From the NCBI GenBank assembly GCA_965230975.1, contig OZ246402.1, positions 800,859 through 864,858 of the forward strand: DNA of 64,000 nucleotides, written 5' to 3'. This DNA is from an uncultured Candidatus Saccharibacteria bacterium (GTDB taxonomy: Bacteria > Patescibacteriota > Dojkabacteria > J137). Positions 57,719 to 64,000 of the stretch are shown piece after piece. Position numbers and translations under genes: made by a program. The notes beneath the pieces were generated by a model, which saw nothing but the letters and a program-made list of their open reading frames with translations, had not been told where the DNA came from and did no database searches. Each line of letters starts with the position of its first letter. Position 1 is the first letter of the stretch.

Positions 57719-59319
57719 GAAAATTAAAAAAAGAAAAACTAACACAAACAACCACTCCTCAAAGAAGATTATCTTTATTTAGAGTTTTAATTGCTGTTTT
57801 AATATCAGGAGCTAGCATTTATTATGTTGCAACTAATTGGATCGATCTTAAAGATAAAGTTATAGAGATAGTTATTGCAAGTTCTACCAGCACTCAGTTT
57901 TATGCACCTTATGTAGATGTCACCGCAACTCCAACATTTGAGTTTGAAAAACTTGGAAATACCACTTCTAAAAATGTAGTTTTATCTTTTATTGTCGCAA
58001 GTAAAGAAGATGCTTGCTTACCAACATGGGGCACAGCATATAATTTAGATCAAGCAAGCGTAGGTTTAGACCTAGACAGAAGAATTGCAAGACTTAGGCA
58101 ATTAGGTGGAGATATCTCTATATCTTTTGGCGGACTGTTAAATAATGAGCTAGCAGTTGGTTGCACAGATTTAGATAAATTAAAGCTTGCTTATAAATCT
58201 GTAATCGAGAAATATAATGTATTCACATTAGATTTAGACATAGAAGGAAATGCATTGAATGATACATCATCTAACATAAGAAGAGCAGAGGCTTTGTATG
58301 CTTTACAACAAGAGTACAAACAAGATAATAAAAACCTAGCTATTTGGTTAACATTGCCGGTCACAACTAATGGGTTAACAGAAGCAGGCACAAATTTTGT
58401 TTCCACTATGCTTAATTACAATGTAGATATTGCAGGAGTTAATGCTATGACTATGAACTTTGGAGATAGTAAAGATAGCGATACATCTATGGCACAAGCT
58501 TCTATCAAGTCGCTAAATGAAACTCATAGACAACTTGGAATATTATATAGACAATCCGGAACAAGTCTAAGTAGCACCTCATTGTGGAAAAAAATAGGAG
58601 CTACACCAATGATTGGGCAAAATGATTTCTCTAAAGAGGTATTTCGTTTATCAGATGCGAAAACTCTAAATGAATATATACTTTCTCAAGGTATTATTAG
58701 AACTTCAATGTGGTCTATTAATAGAGATAGACAGTGTGGAGAAAACTATGCAAATGTTAACCAGGTTTCTGATTCTTGTAGTGGTACAGAGCAAAACGCT
58801 TTAGATTATTCAGTTGCATTAGCAAATGGATTGACTGGTAACTTTATTGTAAACCAAAACAATACTACCAAAGAGAGTTCAGATAAGGAGGTATTAATTT
58901 CAGATGATCCAGAAAATAGTCCTTACAGAATTTGGGGACCAACAGATGTTTATATTGCTGGTACAAAAGTTGTATGGAAACGGAATGTTTACCAGGCAAA
59001 ATGGTGGACTCAAGGTGAAAACCCAGATAACCCTGTACTTCAAGCATGGCAAACTCCATGGCAATTAATTGGGCCTGTGTTACCCGGAGAAAAACCAGTT
59101 GAGCAACCAACTTTGCCAGATGGAACTTATCCGGAATGGGATAGTAAAGCTGAGTACCAAGCTGGTGATAGGATATTATTTAACAAAGTTCCTTTCCAAG
59201 CAAAGTGGTGGACACATGCAGATAATCCAAGTGTTTCTATTGCCAACCCCGCTATTTCGCCATGGGTTCAATTAAACATAACTCAAATTGAAGAGATTTT
59301 AAAAAGCCAAAACAAATAG
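57715..59319 (+). CDS. GH18 glycoside hydrolase (chitinase-like) with two C-terminal CBM5/12-type modules, membrane anchored
   Basis: TM anchor and the GH18 catalytic signature FTLDLDIEG (DxDxE). Duplicated modules read YIAGTKVVWKRNVYQAKWWTQGENP and YQAGDRILFNKVPFQAKWWTHADNP. ATGA overlap with the GT2 gene. Confidence 0.75.
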   Translation: MRKLKKEKLTQTTTPQRRLSLFRVLIAVLISGASIYYVATNWIDLKDKVIEIVIASSTSTQFYAPYVDVTATPTFEFEKLGNTTSKNVVLSFIVASKEDACLPTWGTAYNLDQASVGLDLDRRIARLRQLGGDISISFGGLLNNELAVGCTDLDKLKLAYKSVIEKYNVFTLDLDIEGNALNDTSSNIRRAEALYALQQEYKQDNKNLAIWLTLPVTTNGLTEAGTNFVSTMLNYNVDIAGVNAMTMNFGDSKDSDTSMAQASIKSLNETHRQLGILYRQSGTSLSSTSLWKKIGATPMIGQNDFSKEVFRLSDAKTLNEYILSQGIIRTSMWSINRDRQCGENYANVNQVSDSCSGTEQNALDYSVALANGLTGNFIVNQNNTTKESSDKEVLISDDPENSPYRIWGPTDVYIAGTKVVWKRNVYQAKWWTQGENPDNPVLQAWQTPWQLIGPVLPGEKPVEQPTLPDGTYPEWDSKAEYQAGDRILFNKVPFQAKWWTHADNPSVSIANPAISPWVQLNITQIEEILKSQNK

Positions 59320-59342
59320 ATAATAAAAATTGGCTAGCAAAA

Positions 59343-59367
59343 CAGCCCCTTTCGGGGCTGTTTTTTT
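59343..59367. terminator. rho-independent terminator (usable from both strands)
   Basis: CAGCCCC-TTTC-GGGGCTG followed by T7. A4 upstream provides a U tract for the convergent minus-strand gene. Confidence 0.75.
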
Positions 59368-59381
59368 ATTATAAACGAATT

Positions 59382-59663
59382 TTAAGCTGCTTTTGCAACT
59401 GCAGCTGGCTTTGTAATATGAGCAGAGATTAATTTAGCGATCTCGAACATATTTACAGAATCTCTATCTGCAAAAATCTTTTTTAATTTTGCATCTGTAT
59501 TTACATTTCTTTTGTTAGTTTGGTCTTGTAAACCATTTGCTCTAATGTATTCCCAAAGTTTTTTTACAACTTCTGTTCTAGGCATTGGGCCTTTACCTAC
59601 TACTGCTTCTAAATCTGCAGATAAATTTAATGGTTGCTTTAATCCTTTTGCTGCTTCAGCCAT
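59382..59663 (-). CDS. SWIB/MDM2-domain protein
   Basis: LSADLEAVVGKGPMPRTEVVKKLWEYIRANGLQD...NVNTDAKLKKIF matches the SWIB consensus pattern (P-x-x-R-x-E-V-x-K-x-L-W-x-Y-I-K-x-x-x-L-Q). Confidence 0.8.
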   Translation of the reverse strand: MAEAAKGLKQPLNLSADLEAVVGKGPMPRTEVVKKLWEYIRANGLQDQTNKRNVNTDAKLKKIFADRDSVNMFEIAKLISAHITKPAAVAKAA

Positions 59664-59794
59664 ATTTTGTTTTTAAAAATTAACCTTTAAATTTAGCATA
59701 GAACTATTAATTTTGCCAATGGTTATAAGAATATATTAAGGGTACTAAGATTGTATTGGCTAGGATTTGCAAATTGAGATAATTGATTGAATAG

Positions 59795-60580
59795 TTAATT
59801 AACAATATCTTCTCCTATGCCTGGCATATAACATAATGTATTTTGAGTAATTGGGACCCCACCGCATACACCTTGCATATAAATGCTAGACATTTTATTA
59901 ACAATCTCTTTAGAAAAAATATTTGGACATAATAACCCGTTACTTCCATTCATATGCAAATTATAGTGAATATGAGTGCCAGTTTTTGGATCGCTACTAA
60001 ACTTTGGCATTATTGCAATTACATCTCCTGCTTTAACTTCTTGACCCTCTTCTACTTTTATATATTTTTTATAGTAATCTGCATTTGTTTTGCATCTTAA
60101 TCCATCAAAAGGCTCAATACTGTAATCTAAAGATACAGGAACACCGTTTAAACTGGCAAAACTTACAGATACATCAAACTTATCATGTGTTCCCAAGTCA
60201 AAACATGGTTGAACCCTTGTTATTCGTCCATCTACGGGTGTTATTATTTCAACCTCATATGGAGCATTATTATTTGTAAAGTTTATGTGGGCACCAGAGT
60301 GTGGGCAACTTGTGTTTAATCCCATAAACGGTGTTGTGCTTGCAATGTATTTATAATCTGATTCTTTAACTATAAATAAATCTGTTGGTTTATTTACAAA
60401 TGTTTTTATGCTTGGCAAATCACTTCCAAATATAGTGGTGGAAATATCATAGCTAATATTTTTTGATTTTGAGAGTGCTATTAAAAGTATAGAAAGTGGA
60501 ACCAAAACAAATACAGTTATTATTGCAATGAGGATGTATTTTTTTGTGTTAGGTGTTTTCAAATATTTATTAGTAAACAC
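59795..60580 (-). CDS. membrane-anchored LytM/M23-like protein (HxH retained)
   Basis: GTG start and a TM anchor. ITPVDGRITRV, VKAGDVIA and GTHIHYNLH; a paralog of ORF 50337-51158. Confidence 0.45.
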   Translation of the reverse strand: MFTNKYLKTPNTKKYILIAIITVFVLVPLSILLIALSKSKNISYDISTTIFGSDLPSIKTFVNKPTDLFIVKESDYKYIASTTPFMGLNTSCPHSGAHINFTNNNAPYEVEIITPVDGRITRVQPCFDLGTHDKFDVSVSFASLNGVPVSLDYSIEPFDGLRCKTNADYYKKYIKVEEGQEVKAGDVIAIMPKFSSDPKTGTHIHYNLHMNGSNGLLCPNIFSKEIVNKMSSIYMQGVCGGVPITQNTLCYMPGIGEDIVN

Positions 60581-60707
60581 TTAATTATACATATTTTAAT
60601 AATCTTTTATAGCCCATGCATAATTCCAGACCAAGGAAGTTAAGCAGAAATCATAATTATTTAGTTACTAAAAAATTTACTCTTATAAAGTTTCTAAAAA
60701 AGAACTA

Positions 60708-62744
60708 TTAAGCAGATTTACTATACTGTTGGTACATTTGAGTTTCTTTTGGCTCCCTAACAACAACTCTTTGGTAAGGGTTTGTGACCCAGTTTTCAAT
60801 TAACGTTACTGGAACATCATCTAAAATCACAACATGAGAAAGTGTTTTATTGTAATCTAAACCTTTATTGTACATATCTTTTATTACATCTTTGTAAAAC
60901 TCCTGAATATTGAGAATATTTGCTTTGTTAAGATTTACATTAGTTTCACTAGAGATAGTTAATATTTTGCCTAAGCTTATTACCCCCGATGAGTGAATAC
61001 CTTCTTTACTGTCCATTAATAAGTCTTGCCTTGTGTATAAACCAAAATCTTTTGTATTTGTTAAAACATCTATTTCTAAGTCCTGGCTAATCTTATTAGG
61101 TTGATAAGCTATAAACGATTGTGAACCATTAATAATTGGGTAAAGTTCTCCATTAAAAACAAATGATATAGCAAAATCTTTTGGTAATTTGTCTTTATTT
61201 CTTTCTATCCTGTTTAGAAGTCTTTGGTAAATCTCTTCAAAATCAATTGGTTTAGTTTTATCTTTACTTTCAAGTTTTATCTCTGTCATTGATTGAAGAT
61301 ATAAAGATCTTAAGTACTTAACCTCTTCTTGAGTTGCCTCTGGAGATATTCTTATAGAAGAATCAAAATCTTGTACTAATTCCATTAACTCTATTTTATA
61401 TTGATAACTTATCATTTCTAATACTATTATTTCTACATTCAGTTTAAGGTTTGGATTATTTGCATTAAGTGCTACTACAATATTTTCTATGGTGGTTTGC
61501 TGAGGGTTTGTTAAGTAATTTTTAACATCGTTATAAACCTGAGTATTTGGTGTTAAAGTTTTAATTTCTTGAGTAATCTCTGCTGGAATGCTTAAATACC
61601 TTTCTGCATTTGCAACAGATGCTTTTATTGCTAATGATAATTGTTGTGAACTTTGGTTAGTATCTTGTGTATTACTTAATGCGTTGGCAAGTTCTAAAAG
61701 TTGGCCCTTTTGATTAAGTACCCTTTCTGATTTTTCTTGTTGATTATTAAGTATTGTTTCTAAAGATTGATCTTGTGGCAATACTTCTACAGTTGGCAAG
61801 TTAGGGTTTGTAGCACCAATAACATCAAAATTAATAACATCTAAAAATTCTTGAGTAACATTTGTTTTTGTTAAGAGTTCAACTTCTGAACCAGTAAAAG
61901 TTAGAGCATTTAAACTAACCGAACCTTCTATTTGCATTACATTTTGCAATATGTCGTTTACATTGTATAAAGATTGGGTTATTTGAGTGTAATCTACAGG
62001 CTCAGTTAAATCTTCAAATGATTCTGGTTTTGTTTGTAAAGCTGTATCTTGGTCTAGTTGTTGTGTAATAGAATTAACGTCTATTGGTTGTAAAGAATCT
62101 AAGTCTTGTGTTTCTTGGTTCGACACCAATGGTTGAATTGTAGAGTCTAAGTTTGTAAATAGTTGAGGTTGTACTTCGGTTTGTATTTGAGGTTGAGTTT
62201 CTAAGTCCGGTTCAATTGGAGCATCAGATTTAGATTCAATTACTGGCTCAATTTGTATATTGGTATCAATAGGTGTATCTATTACGCTTTCTGGTAGAGT
62301 ATTCTCGATTTCTGTATATGGTTTGTAAGCGCTTACAGAATCTAATGTGCTATTGGTATCTGGTTGTAATTCTAAATCTATACTTTCAGGGCTTTCTTGT
62401 GGGTTTGTAATTTCTGTATTTGCTAAATCTATTTCTGGCATTGTACTATCAGAATAGGCTTGTGTTTGTTGAAATATGTCTTGCAATGGGTTTTGGTCTA
62501 ATGTTTCTGTTTGTGGTATTTCTACATTATTTACAATATCTATTTCTTCTTGTTTGGAATCTAGTGTTACAAAATCTGGTTTAGTAAAGTCCTGAATTGC
62601 ATCATCTTGCATTTCTATTATATTTATATCTGATGGCATCGCGTTTGCAAAGAAGTCAGATGTTTTAGGTGATACAAAGCTGTTTGGTGAGTTTACACCG
62701 GGAGTATAAGCAAAACTTGGAGCCTCTAGTGTATTTGTATTCAT
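60708..62744 (-). CDS. hypothetical protein with ~300-aa acidic Q/T/P/D/E-rich low-complexity N-terminal half
   Basis: 678-codon ORF. The N-terminal half is compositionally biased and the C-terminal half looks globular. No motif recognised. Confidence 0.55.
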   Translation of the reverse strand: MNTNTLEAPSFAYTPGVNSPNSFVSPKTSDFFANAMPSDINIIEMQDDAIQDFTKPDFVTLDSKQEEIDIVNNVEIPQTETLDQNPLQDIFQQTQAYSDSTMPEIDLANTEITNPQESPESIDLELQPDTNSTLDSVSAYKPYTEIENTLPESVIDTPIDTNIQIEPVIESKSDAPIEPDLETQPQIQTEVQPQLFTNLDSTIQPLVSNQETQDLDSLQPIDVNSITQQLDQDTALQTKPESFEDLTEPVDYTQITQSLYNVNDILQNVMQIEGSVSLNALTFTGSEVELLTKTNVTQEFLDVINFDVIGATNPNLPTVEVLPQDQSLETILNNQQEKSERVLNQKGQLLELANALSNTQDTNQSSQQLSLAIKASVANAERYLSIPAEITQEIKTLTPNTQVYNDVKNYLTNPQQTTIENIVVALNANNPNLKLNVEIIVLEMISYQYKIELMELVQDFDSSIRISPEATQEEVKYLRSLYLQSMTEIKLESKDKTKPIDFEEIYQRLLNRIERNKDKLPKDFAISFVFNGELYPIINGSQSFIAYQPNKISQDLEIDVLTNTKDFGLYTRQDLLMDSKEGIHSSGVISLGKILTISSETNVNLNKANILNIQEFYKDVIKDMYNKGLDYNKTLSHVVILDDVPVTLIENWVTNPYQRVVVREPKETQMYQQYSKSA

Positions 62745-62926
62745 ACATGCTTATTATAACAGTTAAATTGTAATTAGCACTCTTTAACTATTATATATGT
62801 CTTGTACGGTGTACTATACAGATAATTTACCCGCAGAGAAAGCAACGTCAACCATTCCCATTATTTTACATATTCACAATTGTATTATGTATAGTAAAAT
62901 CTTGGCATAATTATTAGATTAAAGAA

Positions 62927-63475
62927 ATGACCGATTTATTAGAACCTAAATTCACTTCTGTACAATTTGGAGAAGAGGAATTACCTTTACTAAGAGTAAT
63001 GGTAGATGAAGCTTCAGATGTTCCATTAACTATTCAAGACCTAGAAACAGCGTATAGTGCTTCATCTGAAATTTTTTACATACTACAATTGTTTCAAGAT
63101 GCTTATCACTTATCAGACGAAGGTTTATGTGAGGACTTTTCTATAACTAACGAAGATGGAACTAGGTCATTCTTTAAATTAGATCAAGAAAATTTAGTTA
63201 ACTACATGCTAGAGAATTCAAATTTGAGGGATAAGGTTTTTGATGTGTTAACAAGAAATATGTCTTATATAGAAAGTTTAATAGAGTTGTTAAGGTTAAT
63301 TGATAGTAATTCATTAAATATTAATTTTGTTATTACAGAAGAGGGTGATAAATTTATTAACAGACTGAAAAGAGAATTACCAATTTTTATACTTGCTCAC
63401 AACAAATTGTCTCAAATTGCTAATCAATTTGCGGAGGCATTAAAATTCAAGTTAAAAATAAGAATCGAGGCTTAA
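62927..63475 (+). CDS. hypothetical acidic protein
   Basis: 182-codon ORF divergent from the 678-aa gene. Confidence 0.45.
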   Translation: MTDLLEPKFTSVQFGEEELPLLRVMVDEASDVPLTIQDLETAYSASSEIFYILQLFQDAYHLSDEGLCEDFSITNEDGTRSFFKLDQENLVNYMLENSNLRDKVFDVLTRNMSYIESLIELLRLIDSNSLNINFVITEEGDKFINRLKRELPIFILAHNKLSQIANQFAEALKFKLKIRIEA

Positions 63476-63548
63476 ACTAAAGCCAGATAATGTTTGTAAA
63501 AGCCTACTAATGTAGTAAAATCCGTTAATAAATTTTAGTAAATTTAAT

Positions 63549-64000
63549 ATGCAAGTTGATCAACGTTTAGAATTTGGAGAATTGGCAAACTCACAAGAAG
63601 AATTTATTGATGGTTTGGTTAAAGCAAAAGTAAATTCCCTTGTAGATGGTCCAGATAGCACTTCTGAGGCAATTAATTCTTCTAAATTTTTAATGGCTTT
63701 ACGAAATGTAGTCAGCTTAAATATTTTGAACCCACATTTAGATAATTTCTTAGTTTTGCTTTTTCAAAATATTCAACAAAATGATTTACTTAAAGATATT
63801 AATTTTGTTAATGAGTTACTTGAGTATTATGTAAGACCAGCTTTCGTAATTGAGATGAATAGATGCAAAGCATTAGGAGATAGCGATTTACAAAACAATT
63901 TAAAAGAGCGATTTGCTATGTTAATTTCAGGTTTACCTATAGATGTTCAAGTGAATAATGCTATTGATGATGAAGAAATAGATTGTGACTTTAAAATTAA
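63549..64000 (+). CDS. hypothetical protein, 3'-truncated by window end
   Basis: I read the frame from the ATG at 63549 to the window edge (150 codons) without a stop. It is absent from the ORF track because no stop is present. Confidence 0.45.
   Translation, partial: MQVDQRLEFGELANSQEEFIDGLVKAKVNSLVDGPDSTSEAINSSKFLMALRNVVSLNILNPHLDNFLVLLFQNIQQNDLLKDINFVNELLEYYVRPAFVIEMNRCKALGDSDLQNNLKERFAMLISGLPIDVQVNNAIDDEEIDCDFKI

Noticed and set aside
1-64000. Alternative genetic code (UGA recoded, as in some candidate phyla).
   Set aside because: ORFs of up to 3,202 codons are intact under the standard code, and TGA functions as the stop in the ATGA overlaps at 2173-2176 and 57715-57718.

Overview
AT-rich bacterial segment of 64 kb, readable with the standard genetic code: very long ORFs stay intact and TGA acts as the stop in ATGA gene overlaps. 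I call about 55 protein genes and four intact tRNAs: Lys-UUU, Lys-CUU, Arg-UCU and His-GUG. I also call five hairpin terminators and several repeat structures. Gene content points to a small-genome, monoderm-like and possibly Patescibacteria/CPR-like organism, but taxonomy cannot be proven from this window. That content includes a sortase, three MacB/ABC-type exporters, giant repeat-rich surface proteins, a heliorhodopsin, a SWIB-domain protein, many orphan acidic proteins and almost no Shine-Dalgarno sequences. Left third (0-21 kb): housekeeping and envelope genes, a scrambled tRNA-Lys locus carrying a GIY-YIG gene, and a heliorhodopsin preceded by three tandem paralogs built from RNA-polymerase alpha-CTD-like modules. 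Middle (21-35 kb): tRNA-His abutting a translationally coupled two-gene cassette (Mrr-like nuclease-fold protein plus a 974-aa helical-repeat protein), then small accessory enzymes. Right half (35-60 kb): a cell-surface region with a ~3,190-aa protein made of four ~536-aa BNR-containing tandem repeats, a fused MacB exporter, a 1,301-aa anchored surface protein, and an overlapping processive GT2 synthase / GH18-CBM5/12 hydrolase pair. My best candidates for something undescribed are (i) the tRNA-His-adjacent nuclease-fold/helical-repeat pair, (ii) the alpha-CTD-like triplet next to the heliorhodopsin, (iii) the tRNA-Lys fragment array with GIY-YIG, and (iv) a ~88-nt palindromic element present upstream of both obg and a GNAT gene. 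All functional calls rest on motif recognition by eye; no database search was possible.
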